From assembly GCA_964252035.1 (NCBI GenBank), contig OZ176201.1: 64,000 nucleotides of DNA. One strand, written 5' to 3'. The stretch comes from Podarcis erhardii (Eukaryota). The notes under the pieces are model-generated. The model did no database searches. It had not been told where the DNA came from and worked only from the letters and a program-made list of their open reading frames with translations. Shown piece by piece: positions 26,608-39,360 of this stretch; the stretch's first letter is position 1, and every line of letters starts with the position of its first letter. Both the position numbers and the translations under genes were made by a program.

Positions 26608-26635
26608 GTGTGTGTGTGTGTGTGTGTGTGTGTGT
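26608..26635. repeat. (GT)14 microsatellite
   Basis: Read directly from the sequence. Confidence 0.95.
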
Positions 26636-26779
26636 ACAATTGTTACCGGGAAGTGGCGGACGGCAAGTACTGGAAATGCAGCATCTGTTGATACCGTAAA
26701 AGATCAACCTGAGGCTACAGCGGGCAAACAGAGCGAGAGGTTGCTTTTTCCACGCTTATGAGAAAACACCCGCTTTATG

Positions 26780-27880
26780 GAGCTGCTTTCAAATGGAGAA
26801 CGGTGTGGGTGGGTCAGTGGGGGGGGGGGAGAGGAGGGACCCCCAAAACCCGCAGCGCCCCTGGAAACCCGTAAGTGGGTCAGGGATTTCGCACCGGGGC
26901 TCTCGCTCCTCCCTCCCGCGGATGCTCAACAGGCAGGCCCTGCTTCAAGAGGTCGGGACGGGGAAAGCCCCATCACAGGGAGGGACCCCAACAGAGAGAC
27001 CTTCCTATCCCTGGAGGGGAAGCCTGATCCTGCCCTCTGGTTTGGGGGACGGTGACAGGCGCCCTCCGCCCCCAATCATCTCCTGCGAAGGTTTTGGCCA
27101 AGCGTTCCTGCTGCTCCCCAGGGCGGCGCTGCAGGGACACGTAGAAGAGAGTCGCGCAACTTACAGGCAACACAAACCAACCACCGGGCAACTCGCGGTC
27201 CTCCGCCTCGTCGGTTTCCACCCGCCCGAGGCCTTCCCCGTCCCCACCGCAGCCACGTCTCAGCAAGTCAAGCACACGCGCCGCTCCCCCAGCACAAACA
27301 CGGACGGGCGGTCCTCCGAACCATAGAGGCGGCAGGAAAGAACGGCGGCGCGTGGGGGGTGGGAGAGGCGAATCATTCCAGGAAAAAACACGCCCGACGG
27401 GCGGAAGTCGCGTCGCTCCTCCCGTTCCCTCGGCGGACCTCGCGCAGGAGCAGAAGAGGCAGCTGAGAGGAAGGGAAGGCGGAAGGTCCGGAGTCCCGGT
27501 TGGAGCTGTGCGCGGGGGCCCGTCAGAGGAGGGGACCGGGAGGCGGACTGAGCGGGCCGAGCGAGGGATGACAGGGCGTTGCCAAGGTAACTCGTCACGG
27601 GCGCCGCTCCCGCTCGGAGTTCAAGGCCGTGTCGTAGGACCCGGAGCGACGCGCCGGGGTTTTAGTGGGCGCATTTATGACGTCGCGGGCGTTGGCCTCG
27701 GGGGTGAGCTGCAGGGAGCTGTGCAATGCTCACAGGGTGGTGTATTCGCGCATACCTATAAATCGTGTGTATACATGTATATGCATGCATGCATGCAGAG
27801 TTGAAAGGAAGCGTGCACTGCCGCCACCAGCTCCTGGGAACTTGCGCCTCCCCTCTCGCAGGGCAAAAGAGTCATGAGCG
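26780..27880. promoter_or_regulatory. CpG island; bidirectional promoter of FAM114A2 and MFAP3
   Basis: GC- and CpG-rich segment between the divergent genes. ETS/GABP-like gcggaagt at 27401-27408 and CRE-like tgacgtcg at 27678-27685. Candidate first-exon donors lie at 27164 (minus, CCT|gtaagt) and 27587 (plus, AAG|gtaact). Confidence 0.85.
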
Positions 27881-28559
27881 GCCCCGAGTCATGAGCTAGT
27901 GAGGATGTCGGTTCTACAGTGCTTGTTTTCATCGTCCATCCCTATTCCTTTCCCCCCCTTTCCCTCTTCCTATTAGGTTGCAGACCTTGCTGCTCAGGAA
28001 GGAAAAAAAACCCCACAGGCACTTTATACGTGTTAATAATAGCACACATGTGTTTACTCCCTTAGCAGGGCTAGCAGATAAAGCCTGCACAGGCTTGGAG
28101 GTGACATGGACTCAGTAGAAAGCGGGTAAGTCAGAACAGTACCTGGGAGGTTAAGGCAGACCCTTATGGATCCCTAATGGATTAGGACAGAGTTAGACAA
28201 GTTGGGGGGGGGGGAGCAGGTTCAGATCTGGTAGTTTGGGGTGGAGTTAGTGGAAACTTGTGGTCCAAGAGCAAAGCCTGGCATATATGGTGGAGAGGAA
28301 GCATTACTAGTTTTTCAGGCTCCAGTGTTGGTTTTTCCGCTGAACACAATTTTACTGGTTGGACCAGTGAAAAAGTGACTGTTTGATAATCCAAGTGCCT
28401 ACCATAAATAGAGTTTGTATTGCTAGTTGTATTGGGCTTCCTTTTTAAAAAGAAAGCTAGATGCAATCCGTGAAATGATCTGGTTACAAATGAGGAGGCT
28501 TATCTGGTCTGTCACACTGAAACCTGGGTGGGCGAACAAGGTGGAGTTGGTCTTACCCA

Positions 28560-29460
28560 GCTGTGCCCACCTGGGTACTCTGGCAGCATCAGGGCAGAGC
28601 AGACTTAGGGGTGGGGAGTTGTTGCAGTCTATAGAGATTCCATCTCTGTCTCCAGGTTCTCTGTCCAGTTGTGTGGGGATCTAGAGTGTGTGTTTCTGGC
28701 ACTGGACAATTGGGACAGATTAGGAATTCTGCTGGTTTGCTGCCTGTCTCCCTACCCAGCACTCTGCTTGCCTGAGGTGATGGAGCTGGTTTTGAAGGCA
28801 GTGTTGAGGACCCCCAGACTGCTGGTTCTGGTGGACTTCAACATCCATGCCAAGGCAATTGGCTCTGAGATGGCTCAGGACTTCATTGCTGCCATGATGA
28901 CCATTTGCAGGATGTGCTGAACTGTTGTCTTGCCTTGGTAATGGATTGGAGAAAGCCAACAAACTGAAGCTCAATCCAGATAAGAGTGAGACATTGTTAG
29001 AGGGTGGTTCCCTAGATCATATGCATAGGAGGTTGCCTGCTCTTGGTGGAATTACACTCCCTCTGAAGGAGCAGGTACATAGCTCAGGGGTAATAATAAT
29101 AATAATAATAAATTTTATTTTATTTATATCCTGCCCTCTCCAGCCGAAGCTGGGCTCAGGGCAGCTAACAACACTAAAATAGTGCAACTTTCTAAAAACA
29201 TTATAAAAATTAATTAAAATCAAATTGATGGCAACCATAAACTAAAGTTTACTTCTGGCTCAGGTGGCTTCTGACCTGGATTACCTTCCATCAGCTTCAG
29301 CTGGTGGCCAAGCTGCACTGCATCTAGACAAGGGTAGCTTAACTTCTGTTTCTATTCTCTGGTAACCTCTAGGTTAGATTACTGCCACATGTTATACATA
29401 GGGCTGCCTCTGAAGATGGTTTGGAAACTTAAGCAGCCAGGTTGCTCACCAGGACAAGAC
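28560..29460 (+). mobile_element. Old, internally deleted L2 (endonuclease fragment joined to RT C-terminus)
   Basis: LLVLVDFNIHA at about 28820, then ANKLKLNPDKSE at about 28960 and LVTSRLDYC...GLPLK at about 29360-29420. Confidence 0.8.
29091..29245 (-). mobile_element. Short L2 3' UTR and (TTA)n tail nested in the older L2
   Basis: (taa)n followed by tttatttatatcctgccctctccagccgaagctgggctcagggcagc, which resembles 10916-10965. Confidence 0.78.
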
Positions 29461-30222
29461 AGTTTGAGCTGATTGATAGGAAGATGGAAAGTCTGGGGTA
29501 ACCATTGCTTGATGCGATGTTGTGTAATCTCCCCAGAAACAAACCAGAAAGAATGCCCAATAAAAACCAGTGTTGTATAACACACACACCCTCCACTCCT
29601 GCAAAGTGTGCAAACCAGGATGAATGCTCAACAAACAGATAAACTGGAATCAACCTTCAGTGTTTTTCTTTGTGTTATTCCATCTCAGCATCATATTCCT
29701 GTGGTGTAATCTGCATATGTGTCAGGCATGTGTAAACACATTTGAAGTGCTTAGATATAAGCATTGCATTTAAAAATGTCTGATATGGTTGAAAAAAATT
29801 ACAGGTATGTAGGATCAACAGCATATTTTAGGTAGAGAGTTTATTGGGATAGTTTTCTGCACAATGGTGGGGAGTAGTATTTGGGGCTGTTTGTCTAGGC
29901 CTTTAAAGCAGGGGTGGGAAAATCTACTCCAAATGTTGTTGGACTCCAACTCCCATCGGTAACAAATAACCAGTAGTTTGGAATGGTGGGAATTGTAGTC
30001 CAGCAAGATTCCCTTTTTTGCTTTAATTGCAGGCACCATCCTCCATATTATGTAGAACTAGAAAATATATATTTTATCTAATAAATAATATCAGTGTGGT
30101 GATCACTTAAATTCATTAAATTAGTCTTAGAAGTTAAATAAACAGCTTGCCCCTGTCACTTGGAGTCTTGGAAACACTCAGAAAGCTGCAAAGTCTAAAG
30201 TTGAACACTGTCAGTCCTTCAT

Positions 30223-30715
30223 TAAGGTAAAGGTACCCCTGACTGTTAAATCCAGTCATGGATAACTCTGCGGTTGTGGCGCTCATCTCACTTTACTGGC
30301 TGAGGGTGCCGGCGTTTTGTCCACAGCCAGCTTTCCAGGTCATGTGACCAGCATGACTAAGCTGCTTCTGGCGAACCAGAGCAGCACACGGAAACACCGT
30401 TTACCTTCCCATTGGAGCGGTACCTATTTATCTACTTGCACTTTGATGTGCTTTCGAACTCCTAGGTGGGCAGGAGCTGGGACCGAGCAACAGGAGCTCA
30501 CCCCATCGTGGGGATTCAAACCGCCAACCTTCTGATCGGCAAGTCCTAGGCTCTGTGGTTTAACCCACAGTGCCACCCGCATCCCTCAGAGAGGAGCCTT
30601 ACCCTCTCCTAAATAACTACGTGGGCAGGAGCTGGGACCGAAGAACAACCGCCAACCTTCTGATCGGCAAGCCCTAGGCTCTGTGGTTTAGACCATAGCA
30701 CCACCTGTGTCCCTC
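30223..30715 (-). mobile_element. Composite Sauria SINE: full copy (30223-30585), 35-nt spacer, second head (30621-30715)
   Basis: A single perfect 12-bp TSD, tcagtccttcat (30211-30222 and 30716-30727), encloses all three parts. Confidence 0.88.
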
Positions 30716-32176
30716 TCAGTCCTTCATATGTATACCTAAAATGTTTCTCGGAGTTCAAACCTGATTCTGTACATATGTAAGCACAATTCTGCATAACATC
30801 GGGCTGTTTCAGGAGCTACTCCTGAAGAATCTACTCTCAGCTTTAAAACACCTTGGAAATTTGGTGTGCCAGCGTCTTTAAAAAAAGAAAGAAATATAAA
30901 TTCCAAAAGTATGGGTATGCTCTTTCCCCTAATTTCACCTTTGTAAATATTGTCTCTCCGGATCACTACAGTAAAATGAAGCATCACCCGACTCTCTGTG
31001 ATATATCAGTTTTGACATTTTCGTTTGCAAAAAGAAACGTTGTAAACTAGCAAATGTGGCGAGTGATTCTTAAGGGCTCTTAAAGCAGGGTGGGTTGAAA
31101 CATGGTAACTCAAATATCTGTAAGATCCTTTGCTTTTGCAGTGATCTCCGTGTTTAAGTGAAATTCTTGCTCTTGAAATAGTTCTGTGAGTACTGGAGTT
31201 GCTGAAGTTGATAAAAGTGAGACTCTTTGGAAGGATAACTGCAATTCGATAAAATGTCGCCATCCAGTAAACATAGGAAACATTTGTTTTTTGTTCTCTT
31301 GGGGCCATAGTCTGAACTTTTTGCTTTTCCACTATCTATTTAGGCAGCAATATTGTAGATATTTTTAAAGTGCTGCAGAAACAGGAGCATAGGCTTCCTT
31401 CTGTTCTCTGAGAGTCCTGATGATTGTACACTGCATAAAATTGAGCATATGTTAGTTTTTACGTGTGCAGATAAAATGAAAGACATCTATTCTGCTTCTC
31501 AGTACGTATACTCTGGACTGAATCTGTCTTCAGGTATAGTGCATCTGTGGCTCAGATGGAGCATGCTGAACCTGTGTTAATGTTCATTCATAACAGCTAC
31601 TTTATGATATGCATAGCTGTGCTTTTCTTGAAAAAATTAGGGCATTATATGGTCTTTTCTTCCTAGTGGTTTATCAGCCACAGAAGCTGTTTTATATAAA
31701 TATGATGGCTTTGTCATAAAAATGTAACCTCTTTTCCTCAAAAGACAAAAAAAAAACCCTGCAGCAGAAGATCTTTGCTTAACAGTAATGGGTTTGCATA
31801 AAAGAAAATGGGATAAACAGTTTAATAAATCAAACACTGAAGGATTTAATGGCAAAATCCAATGACCCATCACAACTGCTGCTGTGCATTATGCAAACAA
31901 TGTACAGTGTAGTAGAAAGCATATGCAATTACTGCTGATAGTTATCTCAGGTCTTTGAAGGACAATGTAACTGGATTTTTCCCAGTTGCAAATAACAGCC
32001 TCAGGATGCTATCCAAGCCCTAGGTGGTGCCTGGTCAGGCATAACAAAGTGGCAGGGCCATCACAGTCCTACTGCATGTCCTAGCTGTGGCATAAAGCAG
32101 GTAGGTACAAAGCTGTGAGTCTGCAGCCATCACCCCAATCTGAGTCAATGCTGTTATTTGATGGCAGTTGGTATTA

Positions 32177-32410
32177 CAGTGGAGCCTCAGAATCCAAACA
32201 CCTGTAAACTTGAACATTTTGGCTCTTGAACAGTCGAAAACCGGTAGTGATTGTTCCAGTTTCCGAATGATTTTCGGAAGCCAAAAGTCTAGCACAGCTT
32301 CCGCGCCTTCTGATTGGCTGTAGGACACTCCTGCAGCCAATCGGAAGCCATGCCTTGGAAGTCGAACTGACTCCCAGAACGGATTCCATTCAACTTCCAA
32401 GGTACATCTG
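32177..32410. mobile_element. Tc1/mariner-type MITE, family A
   Basis: Degenerate TIRs with TA flanks (32175-32176, 32411-32412). Shares the central palindrome and terminal sequence with 4456-4706. Confidence 0.75.
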
Positions 32411-33774
32411 TACTTGAGATCCAACAGCTCCCAAGTCATCTCAGTAGCACCCCTGCTTGGAACTGATACCGCTTCTGCCCACCCACCTGTTTGGTGTGCA
32501 GAACAGAGAGCTCTGCACTAGCAGAATAATGGAACCAAATCTCATTAAATTTATATTGCTGTAGTTTAGATGCATATATTTCAGGATGGAATTAGTTCAC
32601 TCTGGGTTTTTAGAGCACTTTGAAGATATTGATGAGAACGCTGCCATGTAGTAGCACTGTGAGCTGCCCTGTTTTGTACTCTGAATTACTGGGAAGCATT
32701 GCAGAAAGAGGTGGTTAGGAAGGAAGCAGCTAGGATAAGAATAGAAATGCATTAAGGGTTCAAGTTTAGAGAGTATTGTCTATACTGACTGGCAATGGCT
32801 TTCCAGGGTTTCTGGCCTCTCCCAGCCCTACTTGGTGATCAACCTTCTGCAGGCAAAGAAGCTGTGCTTCTTGGCAGCTGCTCCTTTGGTTGGTTTGCCT
32901 TTTTCAGTTTCAATCCAAGGGTGAACAAAACCTTGAATGTTGTATGCAGTGGACCTTTTAATTTTGTTTCTGTTTATAATTTGAGCCTACCAAAGGAAAG
33001 AATGGCTAGTTTTTAGGTCCCATTCCTTTTCTGGAAAGTTGCTATTTGTGCCTATTTACCTTAAGCTCCTTTCAGCTCTAGACAACTAACATTTTATACT
33101 AGGGGTGGCTAACCTTTGGGCTGCTTTGATGGTTGACAGCTCTCTGGGGACTGCATACCAGCAGCTGGCATGGCTAAAGTCACCAGTGCATACTCAATTG
33201 CATGTGCACACTTACCACACATTTTGATAGGCAGGCAGACATGCAGACATATTCAAACAGCCAGTCAGCAGAGGATCGGGTGGTTTCCTTCTCATCCCAT
33301 CAGTGGGCTGGGAGTAGTTCCCCTCTTTCTTACCCAGCACTGATACGGGAAGGAAAATACTGGTAAGTGTTCTTTTCTATTTCTGAAGCCTTTTTCTTCT
33401 GCTTAAGGGGGGAAAGGCACTTTTCCAAGGTAAGAAGAGGCAGATTTTGACAGAGAACAAGGAAGCCACTGTAAGTGGCTTGGCAAGCTGAATCTGGTCT
33501 GTGGGTTCGCCTTCCCTGTTATATGCCATTTCATTCTGGAATTGTATTGTTACTTATTTGAGTTCGAAAGCCAAAAAGCTTTGCGTTGTTAAGAATCCTG
33601 ACTTGCATCTTTTGTTTTGTTTTGTTTTTTACATTTCAGTTGGATTGTTCCTTTACTTGTAAAGAAAAACCCAAAGCCCTTTCAAAGTTGATGAATCCAT
33701 CAATATCTTCCATTGTGACTGGTGCAATACAGACTGCTTAACTTTTTGCAGCGTGCTTTATACTTCAAGCTTTC

Positions 33775-34057
33775 ATGAAGCTCAGCTGCTGCCTGTTGAC
33801 TTTGATTCTCAGTTCTAGTGTTTCTGCACTAGAAAATGTGGCCTCCAACCTGACAGCTGCTACTGGGTCAAGGTTTCTTCCTCTCGATGCATCATTTCTT
33901 CCCACCCTACAAGCCTTCACAAAATCGGCAGTACCTCAAGATATCATAGTGAAAGAAGGTAACGGTGCTTTCATTGAATGTAAGCTGAACATCAGTCAGC
34001 ATAACAGCATCCTTTGGTTCAACTCAAAAGGGCATCTACTGAAGCAAGATGGAGAGG
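33775..34057 (+). CDS. MFAP3: MFAP3 coding exon 1: signal peptide and first half of the Ig domain (exon acceptor at 33640)
   Basis: MKLSCCLLTLILSSSVSA...DIIVKEG...IECKL...WFNSKGHLL. Donor GAGG|gtaaga at 34058, phase 1. Confidence 0.93.
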
Positions 34058-34499
34058 GTAAGAGACAACTGTTTGACTTGCTTTACACAATGTACAAGGT
34101 GTGCTGTATTGATCACAGAAGTTCTCTTGTATGTCACACTTTTAAGAAGACGTTGAAGGGAAAGCCACTCTTCCTAGGTTCGTCACCTCTCTGCCCAAAC
34201 ATACCTACATTAAAACACAATACAAGTCTATTTTAACTTAAAGTACTGGATTTTGGCTGAAGCTAAACGGGCTATAATTTACACAACTTGCAATCTAGGT
34301 ACTGTTACATAATATTCTAGCAGTTAGTAGTTTTCATTCCGAATTAGTTGCTTTAGGAGTATAGCTACTTGATATTTTAATCCATGTGCTGATTGCATGG
34401 TTTATCAGGAGAGAATGCTCACCTCATCAAACCCAGATTTACATTTAGATTGGGGGACGACAGTGCAGCAATAATTTTTGGTGACTCAACCCTCTAGGG

Positions 34500-34637
34500 C
34501 AGCCTTTCTCAACCTGTGGGTCCCCAGATGATCTTGAACTACAACTCCCATCACCCCTAGCTAGCAAGGCCAGAGCTCAGGGATGATGGGAGTTGTAGTC
34601 CAACAACATCTGGGAACCCACAGGTTGAGAACCGCTG
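34500..34637. mobile_element. hAT-type MITE in the MFAP3 coding intron
   Basis: TIR cagcctttctcaacc / ggttgagaaccgctg with perfect 8-bp TSD ctctaggg. An inverted copy is at 56185-56322. Confidence 0.9.
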
Positions 34638-35519
34638 CTCTAGGGGCTGCATGCCAGCAGAAGATGTGACCATCTCATATGGGCAGTCAGTCACCTCAGC
34701 TGAGCCATGCAGATCAGCTGGGGAGAGGGGGTTATTGTCTGTTATGCAGTCATCAAATGATCAGTCTGGTGACTGGGGAAGGGAGTGGTTTGCATCCCCA
34801 TCATGGGGCTCTGTCCAATCCAGCAATACATTTACCTTTTCTTTTCTTTTTTACCTTTTTGCTGTTGTTGCCAGAATAGGGTATTGGGAAAGCAGAAAAC
34901 ATTGCATGAAAAAGTGAGATAGCACTGTACACATATTTTGTCCAAGTGTCCAGCTTTTACAGCCCACCATGCTTTTAAGTACACATTTGCCTGCTGTCCC
35001 AATCCAGTGAATCTTGCTACATTTGGTAATAGAAACATTTGCAGTTTAACAATATAATTTTCACAAGTAGTATTGGGGTTGGTGGGAAGGGCCACCCTGT
35101 AGGTATGAGTGCCTTTGCAAATGGATAGCAACATTATAATGTAAACAACTGCCCAAATCAGACCCAGGGCCCAGCTCTAACCCAAACATGCATTTGTAGA
35201 TCTATTTCTTCCTTTTTACCATATATTTATATGTTGGGAGTGCTGTTGTGTGACCCACCTTAGATCAGGCAGTGACCCAGAAGTGGGTCTCAACACACCA
35301 GTTGAAGACCAGTGACCTAGATCAAGTACATGAGATGAATATTTTCTTGGCTAGGTAAAGATATTCAACCCTGCTTGACTAGTAGGTTGGCAAATGACCG
35401 GACATATGTTGTTATCCATACTCCCAATTCATTGTTGCTGGTTTCGTAATACAATTCACGGGGCATGCATATATATATATCAGAAAAGATGCAAGTATGA
35501 TCTGTAACTTCAATGTTGA

Positions 35520-36317
<798 letters not shown>

Positions 36318-38946
36318 AAGCTTCATCTGGAAACTTCAAGAAAAAAGGGGAAGCAAAAAAAAAAAAGCAGCTGGAGTCACAAATGCACAAAAACCTTATC
36401 TCTTTTTAAAAACTCCAGTGGCTATAAGGTGCTGAACATTTAGCAAAAGTATGGATTTGGATTTTTCTTTTGTAACATATCTCAGTGTTCACCAACCAAT
36501 TAGGAAAACAGCTTAAATCATGTTTTTTAAACATTCTCCTTGGTAGGAATGCTGCTGGGGGCATTTTACAGAAGGGATACTTTTCTCCCAGTTTTTGGGA
36601 TCTCCAGTTAACATCAACAAAAGAGCAAGGATACATTGACATAAACTGTTTTTGCCTTTCTTACAGGGAGGTTTGAATTCCTGAATATGTCCAGTGATGA
36701 TTTCATAGTGTGTGATGGCATAGTTCACTAGAACAGTGCTTGTCTTGCTTGTCTGAATTTATAATATCTGATCAAGCTTATCTTGAGTTTGTAAGAAACA
36801 TACATTTTAGCATTTCTTATAGTAATAGTATGGGATTATTACACTTTTAAAATGAAGAGTTGGATCCGGACTGACTCATGTTTAGAGTAGATCTATTGCA
36901 ATCAGTGACACTTAAGTTGGCTTGAGTCCAGCCTTATGTCAGTAAGCTGTGAAATTACCAGAGCTGCCAGTTTGTCATGTTGTACATGTTTGCTTACATT
37001 GCAATCACATGCAATACTTGAACTAGAAAATGGAAACCAAATGCAAATTTTGGCATCTGAATTTCTCATAGCAGCCAAGAAGTGGTAATTTGGTTGTTTT
37101 AAATGTGCTGCTTGCCAAGCAGTTCAAAAAAGGCCCTGTCTGTTTGGGGTTTTTTTTTAGTAAAGCTCCAGATGTCAGCACTTCAAGTATTCTTTCTTCT
37201 CTGACACTGCTGAAATTCCAATGTATTCTAGTGCCATCAGTATTGCTACGAGGAAAGCAATGACAACTTAAACAGTTATGATCTTGTTGAAGAGTTTGCA
37301 ATAAACTCTCACATTAAAAAGGGAAATAAAACCTCTTTGGTTTCTCAGGCAGTTGTTTCTGAACAATATTTATAAGAGGCAAATGTGTGACCAGAGTCTT
37401 TGGAACTAGTCATCACCCAATGGACGTGCCTAACACTCTCCTAATGATTCAGGTAGGTAGCCGTGTTTGTCTACTAATGTACATTTGTGTTTGATGAAAA
37501 GCAGCCATGGGTGCAGAATGATTGGGGTAGAGGAGGTGTGCAGGTGGATGAGGAGGTTGTGGCTGGCTTTTGCATGAACATACGCTGTATAACATTCTTT
37601 GGCACTTTAGTAAAATCTGATGAATGCAACAAAGGGTAAATGGTTAACACATTGAGTGACTTCTCTCTTGTGCTGATGCTTAGCTACCTCTGCATGTGCA
37701 GCAGGTGATACAATGGACTGTACCACTTCAGATGGGGGATACTACATTTGAATTCTCACACACACATTTTAAAAAAATCAGACAAAGAGGTTGTGGCCTC
37801 ACTTCTTATTGGCCATTTTGTTTTTTGTTTGCTATACAGGAATCTTCCAAATGTTTCACATGATCTAAGGTGGTGCAGTCCTTTCTACCACCACATTGTG
37901 TGGCATAAGTAGACTGATATTTAACCAGCAAATTATTGCTGCATGACAGGTTGATTTGTTAATAGCCACTATAAATGTTTCCAGTGGCCATTTCCCCATG
38001 TCATGAATTGGGCCATGTTATACCATGTAAAGCTGAAAAATAGAATGAATAATTGGAGGATGATAAAATTAACTTTTGGCATCCTTCTGTACTCTGAATA
38101 ATATAGCTGGTTGGCTTCCTACTTGGCCCATGTTCTTTTTTGTCTTTCATGTGGCCATAGCTGTGCAGACCCAGTTTTGTGATAAGAATGTGCCTCTGCT
38201 AGCTGCTCATTAAGCTCCAGTCAAGGCAGATTCTAGCTTTTGCTATTTGGTCCTTGTTTTTATATATATACTTTAAGAGTGTGTCACTTTAATTGCATCT
38301 TATATTCAGTTTTGTTTTAACGTATACAAAGCTTGTCTACATTTTTTTCACGATTTAAAACATAATGTCATATCGTTTTAACAATTGGCAATGGGGGTTC
38401 CCATTAATTTCCTACAGCTCTTCTTCTGCTGTTTTATTCATAGAAGCTCATTTGAACTAGAAGTCGCTGAAGGGGAATAAACACAATTTTCAGGCGGATT
38501 TAGTGTTACATCTATAGCACTAGAAGTGGGTGGCAAACAGCAACAGTAATGCAACCTAGGAAATGAGAGTCATTGGCAGTAATGCTCGCTATGTAACTCA
38601 TAAAACGAGTAAATGATATTTACCTGTTAGAATTTTGCTTGAATTTCTTCTGACAAAAGTTCCTAAAGCAAAATAGAGATGGTGCAGACATTAACTTGGC
38701 AGTGGGATATATCTGAGTTTCCCCTAACCTCCAAAGGTGCTCTTCAAATTAAGTTGCTTGCTTCTGGCCCTTGCTTCATGCTCAAGTAGCCCATTCTTCT
38801 CCACTTGACTGCTGCTTGCTGTGAAGCATAAGCTGGACACCTGCTTGGGAATGCAAATAACAGGTAGGATCTCTGGGTCAGGAGCTAGCACATCTACACT
38901 CCACCCAGGCCCTGTTCATTCATTACTTGCATGTAGGGTGTAATTG

Positions 38947-39360
38947 TGTTTACATGTAGCAGGGCTGTGCTTTTTGTCCTGCCCGCCCATATCATGCCTC
39001 CTTCCTCAAACAATTGCAGACAAGCAGGAGGTCACATGTTAGAGTTTCTGTTCGGTAGTGGGCAGCTTGGTTATTTGAGGAAGGAGGTGTGACATCACGG
39101 GGGGGGCAGGGCTAAAAACATATATCCTCCTTCAAGGAAACACAGCTGTGTCCTACATCAGGCATGTGCAACTCCCAAGAGACTGTGATCTACTCCCACT
39201 ATAAAAAAACTGTCAGTGATCTACCCATTGGATTGACCAAAGTTGTTGAGCTTTTTTTTTGGAGGGGAGGGCAGGGAACACGCAATCGACCAGGGACGCC
39301 CCACGATTGACCAGTAGCTCGCGATTGGCCTCTTGGACATGCCTGTCCTACATGTAAATA
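38947..39360. repeat. Palindromic element interrupted by a MITE
   Basis: Arms at 38971-39010 and 39074-39118. Outer arms tttacatgtag / ctacatgtaaa. Confidence 0.7.
39159..39345. mobile_element. hAT-type MITE
   Basis: TIR caggcatgtgcaa / ttggacatgcctg. Perfect 8-bp TSD tcctacat at 39151-39158 and 39346-39353. Confidence 0.9.

Noticed and set aside
26777-27877. Several ORFs of 70-177 aa on both strands
   Set aside because: These are expected from stop-codon scarcity in a CpG island, and the peptides are low-complexity.
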